A stretch of DNA of 29,411 nt from an uncultured Victivallales bacterium (lineage in GTDB: Bacteria; Verrucomicrobiota; Kiritimatiellia; UBA8416; CAYOBW01), in assembly GCA_964555035.1 (NCBI GenBank), contig CAZKRK010000046.1, forward strand, positions 1-29,411, read 5' to 3'. Position numbers and translations under genes: made by a program. Of this stretch, positions 1 through 10,800 are shown piece by piece; position 1 is the stretch's first letter; every line of letters begins with the position of its first letter. The notes under the pieces are model-generated. The model saw only the letters and a program-made list of their open reading frames with translations, was not told the origin of the DNA and did not search any database.

Positions 1-2
1 TC

Positions 3-25
3 ACCTCTCCCCTCGGGGGAGAGGT
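3..25. terminator. GC-rich hairpin CCTCTCCCC-tcg-GGGGAGAGG (9-bp perfect stem) at window edge, probably terminator of an upstream gene outside the window
   Basis: Perfect stem seen directly in sequence; no T-run (common in high-GC genomes). Confidence 0.35.
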
Positions 26-153
26 CGGTCCGACGCAGGAGGACCGGGTGAGGGGGGAGGGCGGGAGACGCCCGCTCCGGCGGCCACAAAATCGCTGGGA
101 TCACCGCTCTGCCCATGTTACTCTGAGCGTCCATGTCAAGCAGGAGACCGCCC

Positions 154-1581
154 ATGAACCGTCCCCACTCTCGCCGCGCCTTTATGAAGCTTTCCGGGAT
201 CGGGGCGGCCGCACTGGCGCTGCCGGCCGCGGGCCGCGCACAGTCCGGCAAACGCCCACCGAACTTCGTGATCGTATTCCTAGACGATTCCGGCTGGGGG
301 GACTTCCGCCCGTTCGGCAAGCCGCAATACCCGACGCCCAACGTGGAGGAGCTTGCGCGGGGCGGGTGCCGTTTCAACCACTTCTGCGTACCGCAGGCCG
401 TCTGCTCCGCGTCACGTTCAGCGCTGATGACCGGCTGCTATCCCGGGCGCACCAAGGTGTTCGGCGCACACCCGCCGCGGGCCCGCGGCCTGGATCCGAA
501 ATTCGCCACCCTGGCGGAAGTGCTGAAGCCGAAGGGCTACAAGACCGCGGTCTTCGGCAAGTGGCATCTCGGCGATCAGCCCGACACGCGCCCGCCGGCG
601 CGAGGGTTCGACGAGTCCTGCGGCCTGATGTACTCCAACGACATGTGGAAGTACCATCCCGGCACGCGCCACTTCGACAAGTGGCCGCTCCAGTTCTGGG
701 ACAACGGCAAGATCACGATCGAAGACGTCACTCCCGAGGACCAGAAGAGCCTGACGAAGTGGTCCGCAGAGCACGCGGTGAGTTTCATCGAGCGGCACAA
801 GGACGAGCCGTTTCTCCTCTACGTCCCGCACTCCATGCCGCACGTTCCGCTCTTCTGCAGTGACGAGTTCGACGGCAAGTCGGGCCGGGGGCTGTACGCA
901 GACGTGATGATGGAGATCGACTGGTCCATGGGCGAAATCATGAAGGCGCTGAAGAAGGCCGGCATCGAAGACAATACGGTTGTCATGTTCACGTCCGACA
1001 ACGGCCCGTGGGTGTCTTACGGCAACCACGCCGGCGTTACGCCCTACCGCGAAGCCAAGGCCACCGGATTCGACGGCGGCATCCGTAGCGCCTGCATTGT
1101 CAAGTACCCGCCGCAAATCAAGGCGGGAACCACGTCCGAGCGTATGTTCAGTTCGCTCGACGTGCTGCCCACGTGCGCGGCCCTCGCCGGCGCGGAGCTG
1201 CCGAAAAACGAAGTCGACGGCAAGAACGTCTGGGATCTGATTACGGGCAAACCGGGCGCGTCGAATCCGCACGACTACTATCCCTTCTCAACCGGCGGTA
1301 CGTTTGAAGGCGTCATCGGCGGCGATGGGAAGTGGAAGCTGCACGTGCCCCATCGGTACCGGACGCTGGTGAAACCCGGCAACGACGGCAAGCCGGGCCA
1401 GTATAAGCAGGCGCGTATCGAACTCTCGCTGTTCGACATGGAAAACGACCCATACGAAACGACGAACGTGATCGACAAGCATCCGGAGGTCGCCAAAAAG
1501 CTGCAGGCCTACGCCGATGCACACAAGGCGAGATTCTACCGAAAATCGAAGCCCAAACCGAAAAGGAAAACCACCGGGTAG
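154..1581 (+). CDS. Tat-exported formylglycine-dependent sulfatase (arylsulfatase family), complete
   Basis: Twin-arginine signal SRRAFMKLSGIGAAALALPAAGRA right after ATG at 154, with AGGAG 7 nt upstream. Active-site motif CSASRSALMTGCYPGR at nt 403-417 (C-x-A-x-R variant). Downstream family motifs GKWHLG, PHSMPHVP, FTSDNGPW, and C-terminal LFDMENDPYETTNV...PEVAKKLQAYADAH. ORF-track start 133 is probably an upstream in-frame ATG. Confidence 0.9.
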   Translation: MNRPHSRRAFMKLSGIGAAALALPAAGRAQSGKRPPNFVIVFLDDSGWGDFRPFGKPQYPTPNVEELARGGCRFNHFCVPQAVCSASRSALMTGCYPGRTKVFGAHPPRARGLDPKFATLAEVLKPKGYKTAVFGKWHLGDQPDTRPPARGFDESCGLMYSNDMWKYHPGTRHFDKWPLQFWDNGKITIEDVTPEDQKSLTKWSAEHAVSFIERHKDEPFLLYVPHSMPHVPLFCSDEFDGKSGRGLYADVMMEIDWSMGEIMKALKKAGIEDNTVVMFTSDNGPWVSYGNHAGVTPYREAKATGFDGGIRSACIVKYPPQIKAGTTSERMFSSLDVLPTCAALAGAELPKNEVDGKNVWDLITGKPGASNPHDYYPFSTGGTFEGVIGGDGKWKLHVPHRYRTLVKPGNDGKPGQYKQARIELSLFDMENDPYETTNVIDKHPEVAKKLQAYADAHKARFYRKSKPKPKRKTTG

Positions 1582-1890
1582 CCCCCGTTCTGGCACTTCC
1601 CCAACACCTACGATCAACCGCCCTACAGCTCGGTGCGCAAAGGCGACTGGAAACTGATCTACCAGCACGTCACCCGGAAACTGGAGCTGTACAACCTTCG
1701 CGAGGATATCGGCGAGAAGAACAACCGTGCGCAGAGCAACCCGGCGAAGTTGAAGGAGTTGGCGGGCGCGCTGAGCGAACACCTGCGGGCATGCGGCGCC
1801 CCCATGTCGATCGACAAGGCTACAGGGAAGCGCATCGAGTACCCGTCGGAACTCTCAGTGGGCCGGATTTGTAATCCGGCCGAGAGATAG
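1582..1890 (+). pseudogene. C-terminal remnant (~100 aa) of a second sulfatase, in frame directly after the stop of the first sulfatase; lacks N-terminal catalytic domain
   Basis: In-frame translation after TAG at 1579-1581 gives PPFWHFPNTYDQPPYSSVRKGDWKLIYQHVTRKLELYNLREDIGEKNNRAQSNPAKLKELAGALSEHL, a typical sulfatase C-terminus. The complete upstream gene already has its own C-terminal motif, so this is a truncated second copy. Confidence 0.6.
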
Positions 1891-1985
1891 TCGAGGATGT
1901 TATCGAGAATGAACGGACCAAGGTCAGGCCATTCTCCCGGCATGCTCCACATTCTCTCGGCCGGATTACAAATCCGGCCCACTGA
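1855..1985. repeat. REPIN-like inverted-repeat element: perfect 33-bp arms (TCAGTGGGCCGGATTTGTAATCCGGCCGAGAGA) separated by 65 bp; each arm holds a hairpin GGCCGGATT-TGT-AATCCGGCC
   Basis: Arm 1855-1887 is the exact reverse complement of 1953-1985. Sits between convergent sulfatase remnants. Core hairpin is similar to the element at 13140-13251. Confidence 0.8.
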
Positions 1986-2032
1986 AGACGCACATGATTT
2001 GGGCGGTATCCGTCATTCCGCCGCGCTCCCGG

Positions 2033-2669
2033 TCACCGCTTCTTCTTGCGCGGCTTGCGTTGGCGCAACGGCGTGTTGTCCTCCGGCACCTTGAGCTCTT
2101 TGCGCAACCGGTGCAGCTCCGCCAGCAGCTCCTTCCGGACGGAGGCGTATTCGGGTTTGCCGTAGACGCTGTTGAGCTCGTTCGGGTCTTTCTCAAGGTC
2201 GAACAGCTCCCACTCCTTCAGTTGGTAGTAGTGGATCAGTTTGTGGTTGCCGGTGGTGACGCCGTAGTGCCGCGCCACGCTGTGGGCGCCCGGGAACTCG
2301 TAGTAGTGGTAATAGAACGACTTTCGCCAGTCCTCCGGCGTCCGTCCCTTGAAGAGCGGCACGAGGCTGCGTCCCTGCATGTCGGCCGGGACAGGCACAC
2401 CCGCCAGGTCGAGAAACGTCTCGGCTTGGCCCGCAGATGGAGTTGGTGACGTGACAGCGCGTGAACTTCATGCCGCCCTTGGCGATGCGGTCCATGTTGG
2501 GCGTCGTCATGCGCGTGGGGTCGTACGCGCTCAACGCCTGCTCGCAGTGGTCATCGGTGAAGATGAAGATGATGTTGGGTCGCTTGTCCTTGCCGACGGC
2601 GCGCGCCACGCCGCTAGCCAGTCCTGCCGTTCCCACCATCGCTGTCTTCATGAAATCACGTCGGTTCAT
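2033..2669 (-). pseudogene. Sulfatase with internal deletion and frameshift: N-terminus (Tat signal plus CGPSR active site) joined directly to the C-terminal ~135 aa
   Basis: Minus-strand frame A (2669 to ~2421): [20 protein letters not shown]...FTDDHCEQ...[12 protein letters not shown], then nonsense. Frame B, open from ~2440 downward: [26 protein letters not shown]...[19 protein letters not shown]...[23 protein letters not shown], the canonical sulfatase C-terminus. The ~250 aa that normally separate these motifs are missing, and the junction is out of frame. Confidence 0.7.
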
Positions 2670-2685
2670 GATATGTTCCCTTTCC

Positions 2686-2774
2686 GTAGAACCGTTCTCC
2701 AGGACGGTTCCAATCCGCGCGCGTTTGCAGTACCCCCTCAGGCTCTGCCGAACCGTCCTGGAGAACGGTTCTAC
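2686..2774. repeat. Inverted-repeat element: perfect 25-bp arms (GTAGAACCGTTCTCCAGGACGGTTC) separated by 38 bp, intergenic between the TolC-like stop and the sulfatase-remnant start
   Basis: 2686-2710 is the exact reverse complement of 2750-2774. The outer end starts with GTAG, as in REP elements. Confidence 0.75.
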
Positions 2775-2782
2775 AAGACAGC

Positions 2783-4111
2783 CTACCGCCCAACCGCGAA
2801 TTCGTACTCGCTCAACAGTTCCATGTACGTGGTCTGCAGGTTGATGAGCCTGATGCGGCTGTTTTCGAGGTCGTTCTGACTGCGGACGTATTCGAGGATG
2901 TCGATTTCGCCGTTGTCCCAGCGGTCGGCGTAGAGCTCGGCGCGCAGCTCGGAGACCTCGATTTTATCCTGCTGGATCCGGACAAGCTGCAGGGTCTCCT
3001 TGATGCGGCGGGCAAGTTCGCGGATGGACTTGATCCTGGATTGCTTAAGATCGTCGATAGCGATTTCGTCCGAGGCAATTTCGGTTGCGACTTTTCTGCT
3101 CTTGAGCCGCTCGGTCATGCTGCCCGGCTCCCACGAGAACGCCAACCCGACGGCGGTTTCGGTGTCGCCGTCCAGACCGAAGCCGTCCTCGCTGTCGCGG
3201 CCGGTCGTGGCCGAGAGCGTCACCTTCGGCCAACGGCGGGCGCGCTGCACGGGCAGTTCGTTTTCGCGTTGCTTCTTCTCGAGCTGCGCGTTGAGGATGT
3301 CCTCGTGGTTGGTTACTGCGAAAGCGGTATCCGCCCCGACATCGAGCTTGTGTTCGGCGAATTCGAAAGAGGCGTCGATTTCGATGTCCCGCGCGACATC
3401 CATGCCGATCAGTAGCTTCAGCTCGTCGAGCGCCGACTGTATCTGGCGCCTGGCCCGCAGGACCCCGGCTTCGGACTCGGGCACCTCGATCTTGGCCGTG
3501 GCGATGTCGAGGGGCCGTTCTCTCTCCAGGGCGTGCTCGAGGTTCTTACGTGAGCGCGCCAGCTTGAGCTCGTTGATGCGCAGGGTCTGGTGGTTGCGAA
3601 TCAGGCCGTAGTAGTCCTGCTTTACGCGGTAGACCAGCTCGCGTTCGTACTTGCGGACCTTGTTGCGTTCGATAAGCTCGCCGAGAATGCTGTTGTCGAT
3701 CTCCAGCATGGATTCCCGCCACGAGCCGCCGCCGACGATGACCTTCGAGAGCTTGAGGGAGAGGTTGGCGCTTTCCGTCTCGTCATCGCCGCTGTCTTCG
3801 CGCGTGGCCTTGCCCGTAGCCGAGGCCGTGATGCCGGCGGGAAGCTCCTGCTTGACCGTGGCGGATGCGCCGAGCTCGTCTTCATCGATGCCGCGGTCGG
3901 CGGATCCGCTGAGCGTCGGCCGGAACTTGCCGCGACGGATGTGCGTTGTCAGTTCCTGTCCGTCGAGAGCCAGCCGCCGCTTGGCCAACTCGCGCGAATG
4001 GCTCACCGCGTAGTCGGTGCAATCCTCGAGGGTCATGGCGTCCCGCGCCGAAACCGGCGCAAGCGAAACCAGCAGGGTCAGGATTGCGGCTGTGACCGGT
4101 CGCTTACTCAT
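2783..4111 (-). CDS. TolC-like outer membrane efflux protein (OEP family) with signal peptide
   Basis: 442 aa. N-terminal signal [22 protein letters not shown]. Coiled-coil-rich tandem-repeat composition typical of outer-membrane factor proteins. Start overlaps the upstream macB-like stop by 8 bp (translational coupling). Confidence 0.75.
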   Translation of the reverse strand: MSKRPVTAAILTLLVSLAPVSARDAMTLEDCTDYAVSHSRELAKRRLALDGQELTTHIRRGKFRPTLSGSADRGIDEDELGASATVKQELPAGITASATGKATREDSGDDETESANLSLKLSKVIVGGGSWRESMLEIDNSILGELIERNKVRKYERELVYRVKQDYYGLIRNHQTLRINELKLARSRKNLEHALERERPLDIATAKIEVPESEAGVLRARRQIQSALDELKLLIGMDVARDIEIDASFEFAEHKLDVGADTAFAVTNHEDILNAQLEKKQRENELPVQRARRWPKVTLSATTGRDSEDGFGLDGDTETAVGLAFSWEPGSMTERLKSRKVATEIASDEIAIDDLKQSRIKSIRELARRIKETLQLVRIQQDKIEVSELRAELYADRWDNGEIDILEYVRSQNDLENSRIRLINLQTTYMELLSEYEFAVGR

Positions 4112-6113
4112 ATCTCAACGCCTCAACGGGGTTCTCGGCGGCGGCCTGGGCCGCGGGGTAGATGCCAAACAGCAGGCCGGTCGCCGTCGATGCCAGAACC
4201 GAAAGCAGAACCATTGTCGGTGAGATCACGATCGGCAAGTCGAAAAACGTGCAGGTCGCGGCCACCACGGCGAAGGCGAGCAGGATTCCCGCAAACCCGC
4301 CGGTCACGGCGATGACCACGGACTCGGACAAAAACTGGTAGAGTATGTCCTGTCGCGTGCCGCCCACGGCGCGGCGGATGCCGATCTCCCGTGTGCGTTC
4401 CGTTACGGACGCCAACATGATGTTCATGATGCCGATGCCGCCGACCACGAGTGCGATGGAGGAAATGCATATCGTCAGAATGTCGAGCAACCGCTGCGAC
4501 TGCTGCTTCTGCTTCAAGAGATCGAGGGGCACCACAAGCTGAAAATCCTCCTGCCCGGCGTGAGTGGCATGCAGCAGCCGCCGGATGGCGACGCCGGCTT
4601 CGCGCAGGATGTCCTCGTCCTCCAGTTGGAGGTGGATTTCATCGATCTCGCTGCGCATATCGAGATGTCGCGTACGCGTGAGAATCGTGCGCAGGGGTAT
4701 GAGCAGATCGTAGTTCGCGTCGCTCACCCCCGTGGCTTCCAGTCCGGCGGTGTCGACCTGCCGGTTGGCCAGAACGCCGACAACGAGATACGGGTTGCCC
4801 CCGAGCAGAATCTGCCTGCCGATGATGCCGTCACGTCCCAGGCGTTCGGCAATGGCATGGCCCAACACGGCCACGCGCGCGCTGCGGGCCTGGTCGTCAG
4901 CGTCCGCGAAGCGGCCCTCTGCCAGCGACAGGTTGTTGACCGTCAGGTAGTCGCCGAAGACCCCGACGATTCGCGGTGACACCGGGCGCGCACTTTCGGT
5001 CACGAGGTTCAGCTTCACCTCCCGTGACGCCGCGGCCTTCTCTACCCCGGGGACACGCTCGACGATCTGCTCCATGTCCAGGAGGGAGAGCCCCTTCGAT
5101 CCGGCGATGCGGGTCTGCGACAGCTTCTCGCCTTCGAGGCGGCTGTCGGTTACGCGCACCAGGTTGGCCCCCAGAGCGCGGATCTGGTCGGCCTGCTTTT
5201 GCTTGCTGCCGAGCGAGAAGGATGACATGGCGATGACGCCCGCCACGGCGATGACGATGCCCAGCATCGTCAACGCCGTGCGCATCTTGTGGGCGAGAAG
5301 ACCTTCGCGAATACCGATGCGCAGCAGGTCCGCGAAGTGGATACCCCGGCGGCGCACCCGTTCTCCGGTCGCACGCGTCGCCTTGTGGCTGACCTTGCGC
5401 TTGCCGGGCACGTCTTCCACGACCAGCCCGTCGCGCATCACGATCTTCCGTGTTCCCGCATCGGCGAACTTGGCGTCGTGCGTCACCATGACGATCGTGT
5501 AGCCCTTGGCGTGGAGGTCGTAGAGCACGTCCAGGATCTCCTTGCCTGTGCGCGAGTCGAGGTTTCCGGTCGGTTCGTCGGCGAGGATGATGTCCGGCTC
5601 GTTCACGAGTGCACGGGCAATGGCCACGCGTTGGGCCTGTCCGCCGGAGAGCTCGCCCGGGCGGTGTTCGAGACGGTGTCCCAGTCCGAGCCGGTCAGCG
5701 TACTCGCAAGCGCGTTCGAGACGCGTGCGGCGGTTGATCCCGCTGTACACTTCAGCCAGGGCGACGTTCTCTTCTACCGTCAGGCCGCCGAGCAGGTTGA
5801 ATTGCTGAAAAACGAATCCCACGCGCTGGTTGCGTACCTGCGACAAACGTCCGTCCTCCAGCGCGGACACATCCTCACCGTCGAGAAGATACTCGCCCGA
5901 GCTGGGCACATCGAGACAACCCAGGATATGCATCAGCGTTGACTTGCCCGACCCGGAGCTGCCCATGATGACGACGAACTCGCCGCGGCGTATGTCGAGG
6001 TCGACCCCGTCGAGAGCCCGCACGACGTGCTCGCCCATGGTGTAGTGCCGCCGAATGCCGCGCAGCCGCATCAGCGGCGCGGCGGCGGAATCGGATGATG
6101 GAGGCGTGGGCAT
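4104..6113 (-). CDS. macB: MacB-type ABC transporter (fused N-terminal ATPase plus C-terminal FtsX-like permease)
   Basis: Walker [10 protein letters not shown], signature [15 protein letters not shown], Walker [13 protein letters not shown]-loop VTHD. Followed by a large periplasmic region and 4 C-terminal TM helices. 669 aa, typical MacB size. Confidence 0.88.
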   Translation of the reverse strand: MPTPPSSDSAAAPLMRLRGIRRHYTMGEHVVRALDGVDLDIRRGEFVVIMGSSGSGKSTLMHILGCLDVPSSGEYLLDGEDVSALEDGRLSQVRNQRVGFVFQQFNLLGGLTVEENVALAEVYSGINRRTRLERACEYADRLGLGHRLEHRPGELSGGQAQRVAIARALVNEPDIILADEPTGNLDSRTGKEILDVLYDLHAKGYTIVMVTHDAKFADAGTRKIVMRDGLVVEDVPGKRKVSHKATRATGERVRRRGIHFADLLRIGIREGLLAHKMRTALTMLGIVIAVAGVIAMSSFSLGSKQKQADQIRALGANLVRVTDSRLEGEKLSQTRIAGSKGLSLLDMEQIVERVPGVEKAAASREVKLNLVTESARPVSPRIVGVFGDYLTVNNLSLAEGRFADADDQARSARVAVLGHAIAERLGRDGIIGRQILLGGNPYLVVGVLANRQVDTAGLEATGVSDANYDLLIPLRTILTRTRHLDMRSEIDEIHLQLEDEDILREAGVAIRRLLHATHAGQEDFQLVVPLDLLKQKQQSQRLLDILTICISSIALVVGGIGIMNIMLASVTERTREIGIRRAVGGTRQDILYQFLSESVVIAVTGGFAGILLAFAVVAATCTFFDLPIVISPTMVLLSVLASTATGLLFGIYPAAQAAAENPVEALRYE

Positions 6114-6191
6114 GGGGCCTGCAGGAGGTGGGTGGGGCCAAAACCGATCTGACAGATCGGTCGGATCCGTCGGATCGGCCGGGCCAAATGG

Positions 6192-6228
6192 GCGCAGGTG
6201 CGGGACGCGACGCGTCCCGCATCTGCGC
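6192..6228 (-). terminator. Near-perfect 18-bp-stem palindrome GCGCAGGTGCGGGACGCG-A-CGCGTCCCGCATCTGCGC, 12 bp downstream of the oxidoreductase stop; probable terminator and/or operator ahead of macB
   Basis: Palindrome centred at 6210 with one G-T wobble position. Adjacent region 6140-6175 carries further overlapping palindromes (CCGATCTG-A-CAGATCGG; CGGATCCG). Confidence 0.55.
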
Positions 6229-6239
6229 AGATGGTCGGT

Positions 6240-7589
6240 CTAGCCGTTGAGCGGCCAGCCCTCGCGGTACTTGCGCTTGAAGCAAAGATCCTTCTCCGCT
6301 TCGGGCAAGTTCGTGATACGACCGGTCTTGGGATTGTACTCGATCTTCTTGCCCATGCGGTAGGCCACGAGGCCGAGCATGATGGACTCGAGCATCTTGC
6401 CGGAGTAGTCGAAGTCGCAGGATGTCTTGAGGTCGCCCTTGCAGGCTTTGACCCACTCGCCCTGGAAGTGACCCAGGTTCGGGATCATCTTCTCCTTCTC
6501 ACGCCGGTTGTAGTAGCTCATGTCCGCACTGTCGCCGAACGGAATAAGGAGACGGGACCTGAAATCGCAGATCAGGAAGCCCTTGTCGCCCTTGTACATC
6601 GCGCCGTGGCCGATCTTGTTGACGTCGACCCAGGATCTCGGCGACTTCGGCATCGCGCCACCCTGGTACCAGCTCATACCGATCTCCGGCCGCCAGTCGT
6701 TGGCGGGAAGCTTGCAGTGGACCTCGAGCTTGACCGGTGAAACTTCCGGATTGAACTTCTCGCCCTTGGCGGTGGCCTCGGTTGCGACGTCGGCATCCAG
6801 CGGGTTGAAGCAAAGATCCAGCGTGTGGCTGCCCATATCGCCGATCTGCCCTGTGCCGAAGTCCCAGTACATGTTCCACTTCAGGCAGTTTGCGCCGGGG
6901 CCGCCCGAGAAGTACTCCGGGTGGTAGGGATGGTACGGCGCCGGTCCGAGCCACAGGTCGTAATGCAGGTGGGGAGGCGGCTCGCCCTTGGCCGGATGAT
7001 AGCCGGGCTTCGGAATCTTGCGGTTGCCCCAGGCGTAGGCATGCTTCAGCTCGCCGATGGCTCCGTCCACGATCAGCTCACGGACGCGGTTGAAGTTGGG
7101 GCCGGCGTGGCGCTGCGTGCCGATCTGCGTCGCGAGCTTGTCCTTTTTCTCGTTATAGAGCTCGCGGACCGCGCGACACTCTTCAACGCTGATACCGATC
7201 GGCTTCTCCATGTAGACGTGGAGGTCGCGATTCAGCGCCCATGCGGAAATGTGCGCATGCGTGTGGTCGGGCGTGCAGCAGAGGATCGCATCGAGATTGA
7301 GACTCTTGTCGTCAAGCAGCTTGCGCCAGTCGATATACGTCTTTGCCTTGGGGAACTTCTTGTGCGCCGAGGCGAGGTGGTTCTCGTTAATGTCGCACAG
7401 CGCCACGACATTCTCGCTCTTGATCGAGCCTTGGTGTGCCAGGCCGCGACCCCAGACGCCGATCAGCCCGACGTTGAGCTTGTTGCTGGGAGCGTTCTGC
7501 CCGAACACCGAGATGCTCGGCAGAATGAGAGCCCCGGCTCCCGTGACAGTTGACCGCTGCAGGAATTGACGTCGGTTCATGGTGTGCAC
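6240..7589 (-). CDS. Tat-exported Gfo/Idh/MocA family NAD(P)-dependent oxidoreductase
   Basis: Tat signal MNRRQFLQRSTVTGAGALILP. Rossmann motif VGLIGVWGRGLAH. Conserved EKP (YMEKPIG) and typical Gfo/Idh/MocA C-terminal domain. AAGGAG RBS 7 nt upstream. Confidence 0.9.
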   Translation of the reverse strand: MHTMNRRQFLQRSTVTGAGALILPSISVFGQNAPSNKLNVGLIGVWGRGLAHQGSIKSENVVALCDINENHLASAHKKFPKAKTYIDWRKLLDDKSLNLDAILCCTPDHTHAHISAWALNRDLHVYMEKPIGISVEECRAVRELYNEKKDKLATQIGTQRHAGPNFNRVRELIVDGAIGELKHAYAWGNRKIPKPGYHPAKGEPPPHLHYDLWLGPAPYHPYHPEYFSGGPGANCLKWNMYWDFGTGQIGDMGSHTLDLCFNPLDADVATEATAKGEKFNPEVSPVKLEVHCKLPANDWRPEIGMSWYQGGAMPKSPRSWVDVNKIGHGAMYKGDKGFLICDFRSRLLIPFGDSADMSYYNRREKEKMIPNLGHFQGEWVKACKGDLKTSCDFDYSGKMLESIMLGLVAYRMGKKIEYNPKTGRITNLPEAEKDLCFKRKYREGWPLNG

Positions 7590-7856
7590 TCCTTGTAGGT
7601 TACTGGGGTTCCTGGTCCCTCCCGGACAAGAAATCGGATACTAACGAAAAGGAGCCGAACAAATCAAGCACCGGTTCGCTGAGTCCGCGGCCGCGGGCGC
7701 ATCTCGATCTGCTGCACTTGCCGAGTGGCCCCCACCGGGATAAGCCCGGCGGGGGGGCCTCGGCAAATGCAACAAATCGGCGCCATTGTCAATCCGCCCC
7801 GTTTGTGCCATTTTTCGAGCATTGTGAAGACCTCCACCGAGAACATTGCGGCCGGG

Positions 7857-10800
7857 ATGAGGCAGAACCGGCTCTTTCTCGACCTCGAAACAACCCGGAG
7901 CGGACGCATTCGCAAAGTCGGCGCCGTATTCGGCGATCGTGTTGTGTCGTCGGCACACGACGGGGGCGTGCAACGGGCGCTGTCCATTCTGGACCGAATA
8001 GCCGGCCAGGCCGAGTGCCTCGCGGGACACAACATCGTCGATCACGACCTGCCTGCTCTTCGCCATTGCCGTGCGGACTTGAAACTCCTGCAGGTTCCCG
8101 TGATCGATACGCTCTACCTCTCGCCGATCTGCTTTCCCGAAAATCCCTATCATTGCCTGGTCAAGGACTACAAGTTGGTCTCGGAAACCGTCAGCGATCC
8201 TGTCGAAGACGCCCGCCTGGCCGCAACGCTGTTCGAGGACGAAATCGCGTCTCTGATCGGTATCCGAGAAAGCAGTCCCGAGCTTTTCAAAGCGTTGCAC
8301 CTGCTGACCACAAAGACATCGCCGTCGGATCCCGGATCTCATGCGACCGGAATGAGGCATCTGTTCCGGAGCCTCGGGGCCGACGCGGTCACCGATGACG
8401 CGCTCGAGTGTGTCCGCGGGATGGCGGCGCAGTACGGCTGTCGAACGGCAGCCGTACGCTTGGACCACACGAACCTCACGTCCGCGCAGAAGTGCTGGGC
8501 GCTGGCCTTCGTGCTGACCTGGTTGCGCGTGTCCGGCTCGGATTCCGTCATTCCGCCCTGGGTGCGGCACCGCCACCCGTCCGTCAGCGTATTCCTTCAT
8601 GCGCTCCGGGATGTTCCTTGTGACGACGCGGATTGCCGGTATTGTGCCGAAACCCACAGTCCCGAGAAGCAGCTCAAGCGGTTCTTCGGGTTCGACTGCT
8701 TCCGACCCACGCCGCATGATGGGAACGGCGGCAGCCTGCAACGCCGCATCGTGTTGGCGGGGATGCAGGGAGAATCGCTCCTGGCGATCCTGCCGACAGG
8801 CGGCGGCAAGTCACTCTGCTACCAACTGCCCGCACTTGTCCGCAGCGTCCGGCGAGGGCAGTTGACGGTCGTGATCTCCCCCCTGCAGGCGTTGATGAAA
8901 GACCAGGTGGACGGGCTGCAACGCCGCACCGGCCTTGAAAACGCCGCCGCGCTCTACGGCCTTCTGACGCCGCCCGAGCGTGGTGACGTACTCCGACGTC
9001 TCAGGACAGGTGACATAGCGGTTCTGTACGTATCTCCGGAGCAACTCCGCAACGCTTCCTTCACCAGGGCAATCTCGCAGCGGGAGGTCGGTTGCTGGGT
9101 CGTCGACGAGGCGCATTGCCTGTCGAAATGGGGACACGATTTCCGCCCCGACTACCTCTACATCGGCCGCTTCATGCGCGAGCTCGCCAAGCGTCAGGGA
9201 TGCCCCTTGCCTCCCGTTGCCTGTTTCACCGCCACGGCCAAGCGCGATGTCGCCGAAGAGATCATGGCCTACTTTCAACGTGAGACGGCCATGCCCGTTG
9301 CCCTCTACCAGGGCGGCGTCGAACGCGAGAACCTGTGTTTCGAAGTGCAGACAGTCAGCGCGCCGGCCAAGCTGGGGCGAATCGACGAGTTGCTGCACGA
9401 CCGATTGGATGCGAACGGGAACGAAGGAAGCGCGATCGTCTTTCGTACTACGCGCCGGCTCGCCGAAGAAACGGCCGAGTACTTGTGCAACCAGGGGTGG
9501 CAGGCGGCGTTCTTTCACGCCGGCATGACGCCGCCGGAAAAGAAGCGCACGCAGGACGCGTTTCTCGACGGCGAGCTGCGCGTGATCTGCGCGACGAACG
9601 CGTTCGGCATGGGGATCGACAAGGACGACGTCAGGCTTGTCGTGCACGGCGATTCGCCGGCTTCGATCGAAAACTACCTGCAGGAAGCCGGCCGGGCGGG
9701 CCGTGATCGCGGCCGTGCCGACTGCGTGTTGCTCTATGACGAGGAGGACTGCGAGCAGCAGTTCCGTCTCGGCGCCTTTTCAGAACTGAGCCGGCGCGAT
9801 ATCGCCCAGATTCTGCGCGGGCTCCGTAAAGCCACCCGCACGCACGGCTCGGACAGCGTCGTGATCACGACCGGCGAGCTCATGCGCGACGAGGATGTCG
9901 ACACCACATTCGGGCCCGAAGACCTGTCGGCCGACACCAAAGTACGCGCCGCGATGTCCTGGCTCGAACGTGCCGGCTTCGTCGAACGCAACCAGAATCG
10001 CACCAACGTCTTTCAGGCGCGCCTCCTGGTACGCTCCACCGGGGAGGCGGAGGAGAAGCTCGCGCAGCTCGGCCTGTCCGACGCGGAGTCCCGGCTCTGG
10101 CTCGCCATCGTGCGTGAAATGATCAATGCCGGGGAAACCGACAGCCTGACCGTAGACGGGTTGGCTCTGCTGCCTGAATTCCAAGGCTATCTGAAGACCG
10201 GGGCGGAGTTCATACCGCACCATGTCGTGCGCGAGGGACGCAGCCAGGAGTATCTGAGTTCAAAGGTCCTCAAGGTCCTTAACTCCATGACGAACGTCGG
10301 GATCATGAAGAAGGATACGCTGCTCACCGCGTTCATTGCCTACAAGGTGGCCAACCACTCGCGCGTGCGTTTCGATCGGGTCTGCGCGAGCGATCGCGAA
10401 ATGCTGAAGGTGTTGATGGAAGAAGAGCCCGATCCGGAAGGCTGGCTGCCGCTCAATCTCCGTCTGCTGAACCAGACATTGCTGGATCGCGATGTTTCCG
10501 CGTCACCCCCTTTCCTGCGCAGGTTGTTGCGCAGCTTGAGCGAGGACGGCAAAGGGTTCTCGGGACAAAGGGGCAGCATCGAGTTGCGCCACGTCGGCCG
10601 CGATGCCTATCGGGTTCGGCTGCGGCGCGAGTGGGCACAGATCGCGGAGCTTGCCGAACGCAGGCGTCGCGTGGCCGGTGTGCTGCTCGACGCGATTGTC
10701 TCCAAAGTGCCGTCCGCCACTCCGCCTCGAGCGGACCTCCTCGTGGAGTTCTCTTTCGAAGAACTGACCGCCGCGCTCAACCGGGATCTCGCTCTGCGCT

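Noticed and set aside
48-863. 271-aa ORF overlapping the 5' half of the sulfatase in another frame
   Set aside because: Arg/Pro/Gly-rich low-complexity translation typical of off-frame high-GC DNA; the overlapping frame has clear sulfatase homology.
7735-7747. 13-bp exact match AAGCCCGGCGGGG between 7735 and 17781 as proof of a shared promoter
   Set aside because: A 13-mer match is expected by chance roughly ten times in a 29-kb, GC-biased window. Retained only as a low-interest finding because of position and partial downstream similarity.
7725-7856. N-terminal 44-codon extension of the mega-helicase ORF
   Set aside because: Exonuclease motif I begins 7 residues after the ATG at 7857, and the extension overlaps a putative upstream regulatory motif. 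Kept only as an alternative start.
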